Virus record (IMG/VR): IMGVR_UViG_3300010334_006426
Coordinates: 41,141-105,140 of that record
Direction: 5' to 3' (one strand)
Length of the DNA stretch: 64,000 bases
DNA from: a virus
Shown piece after piece: positions 41,846 to 51,871 of the stretch. The notes beneath the pieces were generated by a model. That model searched no databases. It saw only the letters and a list, made by a program, of their open reading frames with translations, and had not been told where the DNA came from. The translations under genes were made by a program, and so were the position numbers. Each line of letters begins with the position of its first letter. Position 1 is the first letter of the stretch.

Positions 41846-42832
41846 ATGAATTGTAGTACTGTTGAACCTGTAAGTGCATTTTACAGCACAAATCTACAAT
41901 CCAAGATACAAAGTTATGAAAGATTAGGAGAAAGAATTTGTCGCGCACTCGGTGCTCCTCTTATTAATTTAGAAATACATGCGGATCAGTTAAATGAATT
42001 TATAAGCATAGCATGTGAAATGTTTACTAAGTATGCCGGTTATACGCAAGAGTTTTTAGTTTTTGATAGCTCCTTATATGAAGAGGGCAAAGGATTAAGA
42101 CTAGATGTACTATTTAGCTTGACCAAGGATTTTAATTTTAGAGCAAAGCTTAAGAACGTTTCTAGTGATATTAAATCTCTTTACAACGTTGGAAGAATGG
42201 TAATAGGAGATGCAGCTAATCCTTATCTATATCAAGTTTTTGATGAAACTAAACCGAATGAATTAGAGTTATTAAACAGCTACGATTATTTAATTGACGA
42301 CTATAGACGAGTGGTTGATGTTTTGGATTTTGAAGAAGGTAGTACAACAGGTGTTAATACATTATTCACGATTGAGCAGTCTTTAGCTCAGCAAACTTAT
42401 TTTAGCTATTCTCTTGGCAACTACGGGTTCGATTTAGTTAGTTGGTATGTCCTAAAGCAATGGTTAGATACGCGCGAAAAAGTTCTTGCGCTCAGAAGGG
42501 ATGTAAGGTTTGACCCACGCACACAATACTTACAATTATTTCCTGAACCAAGAAATACTAGATTTTGGGGCATTGTTACTTGTTATGTAGAAAGGCCTCT
42601 TGTAGATGTAATTAAAGAGCAATGGGTTTATCAGTATGCGCTTGCTCTTACTAAAATAGCGATAGGTACTGTTAGAGGAAAATATCAAAACACAACCTTA
42701 TTTGGTGGTGGTACAATTAATGCAGCTATATTAGAAGACGGTAAAGTGGAAAAAATTGAATTGGAGAAAAAACTTTACGAAAGTGCACCGGGTCTTGGTG
42801 ATGCACCTCCACCAGACTTTTTCGTTGGTTAA
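41846..42832 (+). CDS. gp13: neck protein (T4 gp13-like)
   Basis: RALGAPLINLEI..DQL, WVYQYALAL.K...G..RGKY....GG..IN, PPDFFVG. Confidence 0.88.
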   Translation: MNCSTVEPVSAFYSTNLQSKIQSYERLGERICRALGAPLINLEIHADQLNEFISIACEMFTKYAGYTQEFLVFDSSLYEEGKGLRLDVLFSLTKDFNFRAKLKNVSSDIKSLYNVGRMVIGDAANPYLYQVFDETKPNELELLNSYDYLIDDYRRVVDVLDFEEGSTTGVNTLFTIEQSLAQQTYFSYSLGNYGFDLVSWYVLKQWLDTREKVLALRRDVRFDPRTQYLQLFPEPRNTRFWGIVTCYVERPLVDVIKEQWVYQYALALTKIAIGTVRGKYQNTTLFGGGTINAAILEDGKVEKIELEKKLYESAPGLGDAPPPDFFVG

Positions 42833-42837
42833 ATAAA

Positions 42838-43293
42838 TTGAAACTTACTATAAAAAATAACAAATATGTACAAGGTATCTTCAAGCCTACACATATGGAA
42901 AAATATAAAGGACATGATTTACCTAGATACTTGAGTAGCTGGGAATTAAAGCTTTTTAGATGGTGTGATACTAACCCAAATGTTGTCGAATGGGGCAGTG
43001 AAAGTATTGTAATACCGTATGAGAGTCCTATCGACAAAAAAATTCATAGATATATAGTAGATGCTATAATAAAGCTAAAAACATCGGAGGGGTTGAAAAA
43101 ATATTTAATAGAGGTAAAACCTTATAAACAAACAATAGAACCGCAGAATACACCAGGTAAAATGAAGAAGACTCTACTATATGAGCAATTAACTTTTATT
43201 CAAAATAAAGCAAAGTGGGAAGCTGCTAAAAATTTTGCTAAGAAACATGGCTTCGAATTTACAATTCTTACGGAAAAAGAGCTTAGAAAATAA
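42838..43293 (+). CDS. gp4: head completion protein (T4 gp4-like, PD-(D/E)xK fold)
   Basis: QG.FKP...KYKG, YLSSWE..F.WCD.NP.V..WGSE..IPY, HRY.VD, IEVKP, N.AKWEAA. TTG start. Confidence 0.88.
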   Translation: MKLTIKNNKYVQGIFKPTHMEKYKGHDLPRYLSSWELKLFRWCDTNPNVVEWGSESIVIPYESPIDKKIHRYIVDAIIKLKTSEGLKKYLIEVKPYKQTIEPQNTPGKMKKTLLYEQLTFIQNKAKWEAAKNFAKKHGFEFTILTEKELRK

Positions 43294-43316
43294 ACTACTA
43301 AATAATAAATATATAC

Positions 43317-43991
43317 ATGGCCTTAAGACTATTAGTAGAAACTCCTGCTTCTGAAGATCAATACGAATACGTAATTGAGGAAAAAAGCGGTAATCAGCCC
43401 AGCACAATGTACATTAAGGGCCCATATATGCAGTGTGAAGAGGTTAACAAAAATAAAAGAATTTACGATTCTAGCGAAATGGATAAGGAGGTTAATAGGT
43501 ATATAAATGAAATGGTTAGAACTAATAGATCGATGGGGGAATTAAATCATCCTACCGCCGCTGAGGTTAACTTAGAGCGCGCCTGCCATCTTGTTACTGA
43601 ATTAAATCGCTCTGGTAATGTTTATTATGGTAAGTCTAAAGTCTTAACAACTCCAATGGGACAAATTGTACGTAGTTTAGTTAATGATGGTGTCAAAGTG
43701 GGAATGAGTTCTAGAGCGCTAGGTAAATTAGAAGAGGCAGGTAATGGGGTTAATAGAGTAAAAGAGTTTAGATTAGTGGCAGTGGATTGTGTTGCAGATC
43801 CAAGTTTTCCCAAAGCATTTGTTAATGGGATCTTAGAATCCAAACAATTTGTTGCAACCCAAGATGGTAGATTTGAAGAATATTATGATTCATTTTCAGA
43901 TAACCTACGTAATTTACCTAGAAAAGATGTAGAAGGGTATTTAAAAGAACAAATTTTGGAGTTTTTTAACAAAATAAGTAAAGTACTATGA
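43317..43991 (+). CDS. gp21: prohead protease (T4 gp21-like)
   Basis: NKNKRIY, GELNHP, TPMGQIV, GMSSRALG, DCVADPS. Confidence 0.93.
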   Translation: MALRLLVETPASEDQYEYVIEEKSGNQPSTMYIKGPYMQCEEVNKNKRIYDSSEMDKEVNRYINEMVRTNRSMGELNHPTAAEVNLERACHLVTELNRSGNVYYGKSKVLTTPMGQIVRSLVNDGVKVGMSSRALGKLEEAGNGVNRVKEFRLVAVDCVADPSFPKAFVNGILESKQFVATQDGRFEEYYDSFSDNLRNLPRKDVEGYLKEQILEFFNKISKVL

Positions 43992-44194
43992 GTATGTCTC
44001 CGATAGCTGTTGTAGCTAGAATAGCTACTGAACCTGTAGAAAAGAGTTTAGATCAGAAATTGGCTAATAAAATAAAAGATGAAGTAGTTACTAAATCTGA
44101 AGAATGTTATGAAGACGAGACTGGTAATGTAAGAATGTGTAAAAAATGTGAGCAAAAATCCAGGAATTTTGTAGGTAACTATAATAAATATAAT

Positions 44195-44338
44195 ATGCAA
44201 GAAAGAGTAAATTTAGTCAATTTTTTAAAGCAATTAAATGAAAAAAATTATGCCGAGGCACATAAATATTTAAAGAAAGTTATGGAATCTAAACTCGCAA
44301 ATCGTATTGCTAAGAACAAGAATGTGAGGTTGTTCTAA
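44195..44338 (+). CDS. small prohead core protein (gp67/gp68-like), 47 aa; probable true start inside ORF 43988..44338
   Basis: AATAAATA-TAAT-ATG at 44183-44197. MQERVNLVNFLKQLNEKNYAEAHKYLKKVMESKL resembles small core proteins found between protease and scaffold. Confidence 0.5.
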   Translation: MQERVNLVNFLKQLNEKNYAEAHKYLKKVMESKLANRIAKNKNVRLF

Positions 44339-44339
44339 T

Positions 44340-45215
44340 ATGGCTAAGGATATCAAAGCAATTTTAAAGGAAGCAACCCAAGATCTTCTCTCTGAGGAAG
44401 TTCTTAAGGAGATAGAAAATGCTTTTAATACGGCTATCAGTGAAAAAGTCCAAATTCACGTGACAAAAGCTCTTACGGAACAAGATGAAGATTATAGTAA
44501 AAAGCTAGAGCATCTACTAGCCGCTATTGATGCTGATCATACATCTAAACTAGAAAAAGTTGTTGAAGCTATTGATTCAAATCATTCTGAAAAATTAAAA
44601 GCTATCGTTTCAAAGTATAGTGATGCTCTCAATAAAGAGGCTAAATCATTCAAGAATTCTACAATCGATAATATTAGCACTTATCTAGAAGCTTATCTAG
44701 ATGAGGTTATTCCTGCTAGTGAAGTTAAGGATGCAGTTAAGAATCGTAAGGCTCTAGAAGTTCTAGACCAACTGAGATCAATTTTGGGCATTGATGCTGC
44801 CCTAGCGAAAGAAAGTATTCGCGAAGCCATTAGAGATGGAAAGCGTCAAATACAAGAAGCTTCTGAGAAGCTTGAAGCCGCTAATAAAGAATTAGCTAAG
44901 ACAAAAGCAGAACTTGCCGCTAGATCCGCTGAACTTACTCTTGAGAAAAAGACAGTTGGCTTAGCAACTCGCAAGAAGGATTATATCAATAAGGTAATGA
45001 AGAATAAGGATTCGCAATTCATTACTGAAAATATTGATTATGCTTTAAGCTTATTTGATAAGACAGAAAAAGAGCGGCTTCAAAACATTAAAGAGGAAGC
45101 AGTACAGGAGGCAACGGCAGCTAGGGTTGACCGTCCTGTAATTGAGGAAAGCACGGAAACATCTGTAACAGAAGTTCAGATGAACCCTTACCTCAAAGAG
45201 CTTTCTAAATACTAA
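44340..45215 (+). CDS. gp22: prohead scaffolding protein (T4 gp22-like)
   Basis: Charged coiled coil, LSEE....I...F..A, YLEAYLDE, C-terminal MNPYLKEL; between gp21 and gp23. Confidence 0.82.
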   Translation: MAKDIKAILKEATQDLLSEEVLKEIENAFNTAISEKVQIHVTKALTEQDEDYSKKLEHLLAAIDADHTSKLEKVVEAIDSNHSEKLKAIVSKYSDALNKEAKSFKNSTIDNISTYLEAYLDEVIPASEVKDAVKNRKALEVLDQLRSILGIDAALAKESIREAIRDGKRQIQEASEKLEAANKELAKTKAELAARSAELTLEKKTVGLATRKKDYINKVMKNKDSQFITENIDYALSLFDKTEKERLQNIKEEAVQEATAARVDRPVIEESTETSVTEVQMNPYLKELSKY

Positions 45216-45291
45216 TTTTAAAGAGGCTATTGCCTGAATATATAATGTAGAAATTTTTTCTACAGGTCGAAATATTAAGGAGAACAAATAC

Positions 45292-46761
45292 ATGAAATCA
45301 ATCAGACCTACACAGTCTTACATTGATGAGACTCGCGCTCAAGCGTTGCTCGAAAAGTGGAAACCAGTTCTAGATTATACCTCTGATAACGTTAAGGCTA
45401 TCAATGACGATCATACTCGTTTGAATACTGCCATGCTCTTGGAAAACCAAGAAGCCTGGTGTGTTAACGAGGCGAACGTTGCTGGTGGTACTTCCAGCGT
45501 TTTCGGTGGCGTTAATGCCGGTGCCTACGGTGGCGTCGGTGGTAACGTTCCAGGAGGTGGATCTGACTGGTACGCTTCTGGCGATGCCCGTTTGCCCAAG
45601 ATTCTCATTCCAATGATTCGTCGTACGTTCCCTGAGTTAATCACCAATGAAATCGTCGGCGTACAGCCCATGGGTGGTCCAGTTGGACTTGCCTTTGCTC
45701 TACGCTACAAGTATGCAGCTAATGCTCTTGGTTATGATGCAGCTGGCACAGGCCTTGATGCTTCCCTCGGAAGTAATCTAAGCAACCCTCAAGCCGCTGC
45801 TAATGGCAAAGAGCTTGGTTATCAGTACCTTGACACTCGCTACACTGGCACATCCAGCGCTCGCCTCTCCGGCGGCGACGGGGTAGCTGCCAGTCTGTTC
45901 CCATTCGTGGGGGCAGATACAGGCGTTGCACAGCTTCTAAGCAATTTCGAATTGACGAGTAAAATTCCTCAAATCGAAGTTAGCTTTGAAAAGACAGCTG
46001 TCGAGGCTGGTACACGCAGATTAGCCGCACGCTGGTCGGTTGAACTCGAACAGGATCTAAAGAACATGAACGGTATTGATATCGATACTGAGCTCACAAA
46101 CGCTATGTCTTATGAGCTACAGGCCGAAATCGACCGTGAAATGATTGTTCGTATGATCCAAGTCTCTCTCAACGCTGGTCTCGGCACAGGCTACTCCGTA
46201 TGGAGCCCTGCTTCCGCAGACGGTCGTTGGTTGGTAGAGCGCAATCGCGACTTCTATCAGAGACTAATTATCGAGGCCAATCGTATCGCGGTCCGTAATC
46301 GTCGTGGTGCTGCCAACTTTATTGTTGCCACACCTCGCGTTTGCGCGATCCTCGAGATGCTACCTGAGTTTCAATGGGTACCAGTTCAAGGCAATGTCAA
46401 CACTCAACCTGTTGGCGTAGCTAAGGTTGGTAACCTTGGTGGCAGATTCAACGTTTATCGTGACACACGCACAGAAGCCCAATTTGAGGGTGGTCAGCGT
46501 CTAGGTCAGAAGCGCGTTGAGTATGCTCTACTCGGGTACAAGGGTCCAGAGTTTTATGACACTGGTATCATCTACTGCCCTTACATCCCTGTAATGGTAC
46601 AGAGAACCATTGGTCCTAATGACTTCTCACCCCGTGTTGGCTTGCTAACACGTTACGGTGTTGTTGACAATATCTTTGGTGCTAATCTCTATTATCACAC
46701 AATCCTATTGTCCGGACTTGGCGAAGCGTTTACACCTGCTGGTGCTAACGTTTACTTCTAA
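45292..46761 (+). CDS. gp23: major capsid protein (T4 gp23-like)
   Basis: LLEKWKPVL, LLENQ, IPMIRR.FP, GVQPMGGPVGLAFALR, RRLAARWSVELEQDL, EIDRE, YCPYIP, TRYG. AAGGAG SD. Confidence 0.97.
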   Translation: MKSIRPTQSYIDETRAQALLEKWKPVLDYTSDNVKAINDDHTRLNTAMLLENQEAWCVNEANVAGGTSSVFGGVNAGAYGGVGGNVPGGGSDWYASGDARLPKILIPMIRRTFPELITNEIVGVQPMGGPVGLAFALRYKYAANALGYDAAGTGLDASLGSNLSNPQAAANGKELGYQYLDTRYTGTSSARLSGGDGVAASLFPFVGADTGVAQLLSNFELTSKIPQIEVSFEKTAVEAGTRRLAARWSVELEQDLKNMNGIDIDTELTNAMSYELQAEIDREMIVRMIQVSLNAGLGTGYSVWSPASADGRWLVERNRDFYQRLIIEANRIAVRNRRGAANFIVATPRVCAILEMLPEFQWVPVQGNVNTQPVGVAKVGNLGGRFNVYRDTRTEAQFEGGQRLGQKRVEYALLGYKGPEFYDTGIIYCPYIPVMVQRTIGPNDFSPRVGLLTRYGVVDNIFGANLYYHTILLSGLGEAFTPAGANVYF

Positions 46762-46810
46762 GCGAATCTAAAAAGAAAACTTTCACCTGGTACGTCCCAG
46801 GATATTTTAA

Positions 46811-46842
46811 AGAGGGGTCACTTAGTGGCCCCTCTTTTTTTT
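46811..46842 (+). terminator. intrinsic terminator after the capsid gene
   Basis: AGAGGGGTCAC-TTA-GTGGCCCCTCT followed by T7. Confidence 0.85.
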
Positions 46843-46873
46843 GTATTAATATATAAAAAAATCTGAATAGTTT

Positions 46874-47455
46874 TTAAATGAGGTTACCCACAACTAAAAC
46901 TCTACCTGATAACCTCGTATAAGCATTTGTTCCGGTAGAGTCTACTCTAAACCATAATTTATTTTGCGGAGATGCATTATTTCCATTTACAATTTGTTTT
47001 CCATTTGAAGCTGCAACGCTGCCACTCTCTCTATAATATCTACCCGGTGTAATTAAATTAGAGGGAGCTGTTAATGTAAGCTGATTTGTAACCTGGTTTA
47101 TTGCATCTGTGTTTGTATCATGCCTATATATTCTAAATGTTGGCAAGCTTGTGTCACTACTAACATTACCTCCAGAAACACCATCTATAATAATAATAAA
47201 ACCATTAGCTATAAATGTTTTACCTGCAGGAACTGTATATACTAACTGAGCAGATGAAGTATTAAGAAAATTAATTGCGCTTAAAGTTGTTACCCCTACA
47301 GCTATTGTACTAGAAATTGTTGTGGCTGGGTCAGGTATAATACTTGATATAGCTTTAACTGTTGTATATACACTGTTCCAATTAGCACTATTAGCTTTAA
47401 CTGTTGTGTTAACACTAACCAATTCTGGTAAGTATGTAAAATAGGGATTAATCAT
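46874..47455 (-). CDS. short fibre/decoration-like protein
   Basis: NSANWNSVYTTV coiled-coil repeat followed by a beta-rich domain (VYTVPAGKTF). Confidence 0.6.
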   Translation of the reverse strand: MINPYFTYLPELVSVNTTVKANSANWNSVYTTVKAISSIIPDPATTISSTIAVGVTTLSAINFLNTSSAQLVYTVPAGKTFIANGFIIIIDGVSGGNVSSDTSLPTFRIYRHDTNTDAINQVTNQLTLTAPSNLITPGRYYRESGSVAASNGKQIVNGNNASPQNKLWFRVDSTGTNAYTRLSGRVLVVGNLI

Positions 47456-47462
47456 AAATTAC

Positions 47463-47577
47463 AAGGAAATTTGGGGACGCCCCTCATCACGCAACTACCC
47501 TTAGGTAGATCATTTCGATTGGAATGTCTGCTTACAGCCATTTTTGTACCCGGGACTGTCCCCAAATTGCCTCCTTT
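47463..47577 (-). ncRNA. candidate structured RNA (multi-branch), family unknown
   Basis: GC-rich intergenic island. 11-bp perfect closing stem (47468-47478 with 47558-47568) extended by GUCCC/GGGGC, enclosing three hairpins. G-U pairs favour the minus strand. Confidence 0.5.
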
Positions 47578-47600
47578 CTTTATGTTCATACTTAATTTAT

Positions 47601-50156
47601 TCATACAAATTTACAAATAAACACTTTTTTATAATAAGTGTTCCAATCAGCTTCACTTGTAGTGAGATCTACAACAGGCGTTTTAGCTACACTACTAGCG
47701 TAATGGTTTGTTTTAAATGGCCAGCGAAGATTAGAGATACGAATTGTAGGAGAAAGTGGACCGCTTACTATTTCACCCCTTCCATTATTACTACTAGGTA
47801 ACCATGCAATATATCTAAAAGCAACATACATCGGCTTATATCTAGCAGAGTAACCAATACGTTTCCCGGCACCATCTTTTAATAGCATAAACGGTGCAAT
47901 AACATTTAAGTATTTGTTGCTTAGACTGGGATCAAGAGGATCATTACAATAACCAATTTCGGCTTCTCTGAAGCGACCGTTTAGGCAAGAGGTTAAATCG
48001 ATTACTTGTTTGGAGGTGCTTACAGGGAGTTGATTATACCGCAATACATTAGGAATAAAATGAGGATATAAACCTCCATGTGCAGGTCTGTATTCAGGTT
48101 CACTTCCACTTCTTTGCCAGAAATTAGCTCCCCATGGTTTAGAGCCTGAATCAGAACTAATAGGAACCGAAAAACCGACTTTGTGCGTTAAGCCTAATCC
48201 GTATCTATTTTTTACTTTGCTCTTTTTAAACATAACCATTTCAATAAAAATTTGATAAGCATTTAATGTCTCTTGTGTAAAATCATTTACAACAAGTTTT
48301 GGTGATTTGTTGATAGTTATGTTACCTCCATATCTTAATGTATTAATATGTTGATGGTTGTTACTTCTACCGGTAAGATATTGTACATCTGTTGTACCTG
48401 CTAATAATATTTTTGGTACCGGTAATTGCGGGGCGCTTAGTGTACTAATATTTGTGTAAGCGGAATTCCATTGATCACTATTACCACCTAATACTGTAAT
48501 AACACCATTACTGCTAATAGCCCCATTAGGAAATATTGTGGTACCATCTCTGCCAAATATCCATTCATGAAGACTATTCGGCCAATTTGTGCCAATATAG
48601 ATATCATTGTTATTGCCTATCTGTACATACTGTTCACCATCTGCGCTGGCAAGTCCCCCCCAATCCCCTGCAGGTGCTACAAACCAACTGCTGCCATCTT
48701 GAATCTGTCCTGGATAGCCTTTGGATATTTTACTACCAGTTGGAAATGTTAGATTGCCATCTGTGCCAAATGTCCAAGAATTATTATTTGAGGCAAGTCT
48801 TATGCCATCTGTTCCTTGCACACCAGGGGTATAATTTTTTGCACGAATGGTGACTGGAGCTCCAGTGGGGTTTGCAGGCCAAGAGCCTGTAAAATCCCAT
48901 CGTGCCCCAGGAGAAGCTGTGCCTGCCGCACTGGCAATAGTGGCGACCAACCCACCATTGAATACAATTTCATAGTCTGTGGGGTTCGCCTGGATTGCTG
49001 GTCCCCAGGCAGGGTTGCCTAATCCTGCATTAAAAGTATTAAGACCAACTGAAGTTTGCCCTGCATAATTAAATAAACCGTTAATTTCAAAACCTACTTG
49101 AGCAACTGAAGCGGTATCTGCTAAGGTACCACTGCCAGGGAAAATCAGCGTACCGTTGCTACTCAGTACCACTTGATAAGAACCATTGATTAATCTATCC
49201 GTCAGACCGCCACCACTAAATATATTTAACAAATCAACACCACCAGACAAGTAGCTACCATTTACATTCAAATTACCATTCATAGTACCACCATTGGCAT
49301 ATTGAACAGCAACAGATCCTCCACCACCACCCAAATCTAATATTTTTCTTGCATAGTTTTTAGCATCTTGAAGAGAAGTATTAACAGTTGTAGTTACATA
49401 TGTTTTAATTTCCTCTTTTATGAACTCTAAATCACTGTTTTTTTCTACAAGCTCTTGTATTTTTATGTCAATATTAGCCGCACTATCAAAATCTTCTTTA
49501 AGCTTTTTTGCTACATATTCGTTTAAGTCTTTTTGAGAGGTTTTCTTAAATTCAACAATTAGTTTATTCTTATAAACTTCTAATTCAGGTTTAATCTGCT
49601 CGTAAATTTCTTTGGTAATAGTAGAGGCTTTTTCTAGAACAATTTGAGCCTTCTTTTTTTCTATTTCAAAATTCTTTTTTTCTTGTTTTAATTGCTCTCT
49701 TTGTTCAAATATTTGTCTTTCTAGTTCTAACGCCTTCTGCACAGCTTCAGTATTATTATACATTTCTGGTAGCTGTGCTTCAGCTATTTCTGATACTACA
49801 TTTTGTGTTTCCTCTATAATCTCTGCTAGTTGCTGTGGTAGTTCAACGTGAGTTTTATTTGTTAATATGTTAAGATTAATTGTAGAGTGTGGTGTCTTAA
49901 TTTTTTCATTAACAACAATTTTAAATCGTACATCTCTATAACATGTACCGTCGTCTAAAGTAACATCAGCAACAACATACTTGTCTTCACCCTCCGTAAC
50001 ATATTCCAATATAACTTCTCTGGTTTTTGTTACAAACGTGCCTACATTAAACAAATAGTCCGAAAATGACTTACAGTATATAACGTTTTCAGACTCATTA
50101 CTTTCCAGCAATACAAACGGTATCTTATTATTTAAAAATACGTTATACAAGTTCAC
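47601..50156 (-). CDS. tail fibre/adhesin-like protein with N-terminal coiled-coil and LDLGGGGGSVAVQYANGG module
   Basis: 851 aa; repeated W.FG.DG...FP units; GTG start 4 nt after AATAAATA. Confidence 0.65.
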   Translation of the reverse strand: MNLYNVFLNNKIPFVLLESNESENVIYCKSFSDYLFNVGTFVTKTREVILEYVTEGEDKYVVADVTLDDGTCYRDVRFKIVVNEKIKTPHSTINLNILTNKTHVELPQQLAEIIEETQNVVSEIAEAQLPEMYNNTEAVQKALELERQIFEQREQLKQEKKNFEIEKKKAQIVLEKASTITKEIYEQIKPELEVYKNKLIVEFKKTSQKDLNEYVAKKLKEDFDSAANIDIKIQELVEKNSDLEFIKEEIKTYVTTTVNTSLQDAKNYARKILDLGGGGGSVAVQYANGGTMNGNLNVNGSYLSGGVDLLNIFSGGGLTDRLINGSYQVVLSSNGTLIFPGSGTLADTASVAQVGFEINGLFNYAGQTSVGLNTFNAGLGNPAWGPAIQANPTDYEIVFNGGLVATIASAAGTASPGARWDFTGSWPANPTGAPVTIRAKNYTPGVQGTDGIRLASNNNSWTFGTDGNLTFPTGSKISKGYPGQIQDGSSWFVAPAGDWGGLASADGEQYVQIGNNNDIYIGTNWPNSLHEWIFGRDGTTIFPNGAISSNGVITVLGGNSDQWNSAYTNISTLSAPQLPVPKILLAGTTDVQYLTGRSNNHQHINTLRYGGNITINKSPKLVVNDFTQETLNAYQIFIEMVMFKKSKVKNRYGLGLTHKVGFSVPISSDSGSKPWGANFWQRSGSEPEYRPAHGGLYPHFIPNVLRYNQLPVSTSKQVIDLTSCLNGRFREAEIGYCNDPLDPSLSNKYLNVIAPFMLLKDGAGKRIGYSARYKPMYVAFRYIAWLPSSNNGRGEIVSGPLSPTIRISNLRWPFKTNHYASSVAKTPVVDLTTSEADWNTYYKKVFICKFV

Positions 50157-50192
50157 TGTTTATTTATTGTATGTAATATAGGATCAATAAGG

Positions 50193-51860
50193 TTAACTAT
50201 TATATGCTGCTATCTGTTGACCCACTACCTCTGTAGTAGCAACATTTCTTAAACGATACCCTATAGTTCCTGATAAACTAGAAGCAGTAAGAGTATTATT
50301 GTTTGTTTGCCAGACAGCATCAGGAGTTAATACTGCCGTACCTGTAGTATTATCCACTGCTACACCAAAAGAAACATTGCTTGCAGAAGGAACAGATAAT
50401 GTACCTGTTAAGTTGCCTGCAGCATAACTCACGCCAGACCGTACACTGCTAGCAGGGGGATAGAATGTGGAGCTCACAGGATCTACCAGTGTTCTCTTGT
50501 TTGCATTGTATACATAGAAAACAGCTTGATTGGTAGGGACAGAAGAAAGAAAAACGTTTCCTGTAGTAGGAGATGCACCTCTGTCTCCATATTCTATTTC
50601 TTGCACATAAGTAAATGAGGACTGAGCACCGTTTACACCAGCTTGCAATGTTATACCAGAAGATCCAATACCAAAAGCATTAGCTTTGGCACGTTTCACA
50701 TACATGATGCCGGTACTGGTGTTAGATGCTCCAATGCCCAGAGGACCACCATAAGCATTACCATTAATTAAAACTGTGCCGGTGCTGGTATTTTGTACCC
50801 CATTACCGGAACCAGTAGAACCACCATATGCATCACCATTAATAATCACTGTGCCAGAACTACTATTTTGTATGCCCTGAAACGCACTTCCGGAAACATT
50901 TCCTAAAATAGTAACAGTACCGCCGCCTGAATTGGTAACTGCGTTTGCAGCATTAGAAGCTAATAAATTACCTGTGATAGCTATTATTCCTGTAGATGTC
51001 TGTGAAATTACCGGGCCAGAAGCTGCTGTAGCTGTAATATTGCTCAAAATATTAATTGTGCCACTAGAAGCATTGGTCACTGCACTCTGTCCTCCTGTGG
51101 GAACAAAATTACCACTCAAAAAAACAACACCAGTTCCACTGTGTGTAAGACCAGTATTGTTCCCTCCAGTACCGCCTGTTATGGTTCCATAAACATTCAC
51201 TGAACCTGAGCCAGTGTTGTTTACTCCAAATACATTTGCACTGCCAGTGCCACCAGTAACATTGCCTGTAATGGCCAGGGTGCCTGAACTAGCAAATTCA
51301 ATGCCTCTGGATGCAGTAGAACCTGTGGCATTTCCAATCAAATTTAGATTGCCGCTATTTAAACTGGCAGCCACAGAACTGCTGCTAGCTGCTATGTTGC
51401 CTGAAACGTTAATGGTTCCAGTGGTTAATCCTGGTGTATATATTCCAAAGCTATTAGATGCAGACCCTCCATTGACATTGCCAGTCAGAGATATGGTTCC
51501 ATTAGAAACATTGTTCAAACCAAAGCTAGTAGCATTGGCTGTTCCTCCAGTTACATTACCCACTACAAATGCATTAGTTCCAGCAGTTCCGGTAAATGCT
51601 ACACATGCTGTAGTCGTGGATCCAGTGGACCCTGCAAATATGTTTCCTGATAAAGTAATATTAGGTTGTATGTAAAACACGCCTCCTGCTGTTGCACTTC
51701 CTGTGGTATCATTTCTTAGCTCAGTCACAGTAGTGTTAATATTAATATAAATTATCTTGTTATTAGCCACAGCTACATCAGCAGAACCTGGCACTACACC
51801 ACCTGTCCAAGTGGCTGTACTGTTGAAATTACCATTTGCTGCTGCTAAAATTGTGGCCAT
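50193..51860 (-). CDS. Gly/Thr/Asn/Ser-rich beta-helix adhesin-like protein
   Basis: About 24-27-aa repeats GNVTGG....FG.NN.S.GTI.LT across most of the 555 aa. Confidence 0.65.
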   Translation of the reverse strand: MATILAAANGNFNSTATWTGGVVPGSADVAVANNKIIYININTTVTELRNDTTGSATAGGVFYIQPNITLSGNIFAGSTGSTTTACVAFTGTAGTNAFVVGNVTGGTANATSFGLNNVSNGTISLTGNVNGGSASNSFGIYTPGLTTGTINVSGNIAASSSSVAASLNSGNLNLIGNATGSTASRGIEFASSGTLAITGNVTGGTGSANVFGVNNTGSGSVNVYGTITGGTGGNNTGLTHSGTGVVFLSGNFVPTGGQSAVTNASSGTINILSNITATAASGPVISQTSTGIIAITGNLLASNAANAVTNSGGGTVTILGNVSGSAFQGIQNSSSGTVIINGDAYGGSTGSGNGVQNTSTGTVLINGNAYGGPLGIGASNTSTGIMYVKRAKANAFGIGSSGITLQAGVNGAQSSFTYVQEIEYGDRGASPTTGNVFLSSVPTNQAVFYVYNANKRTLVDPVSSTFYPPASSVRSGVSYAAGNLTGTLSVPSASNVSFGVAVDNTTGTAVLTPDAVWQTNNNTLTASSLSGTIGYRLRNVATTEVVGQQIAAYNS

Positions 51861-51871
51861 ATATAAATTTA

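Noticed and set aside
42838-43293. TnsA-like transposase or homing endonuclease
   Set aside because: Sequence and position match the T4 gp4 head-completion family, which has this fold. No terminal repeats or other transposon genes.
47480-47520. Hammerhead ribozyme or tRNA interpretation of the structured RNA (UGAUGA and GAAA present; cloverleaf-like)
   Set aside because: The core reads GUGAUGA rather than CUGAUGA and the stem order does not fit a hammerhead. There is no T-loop, 7-nt anticodon loop or CCA end for a tRNA.
47544-47801. 85-aa plus-strand ORF over the structured region
   Set aside because: TTG start, antisense to 47601..50156 and to the operon direction, no recognisable features.
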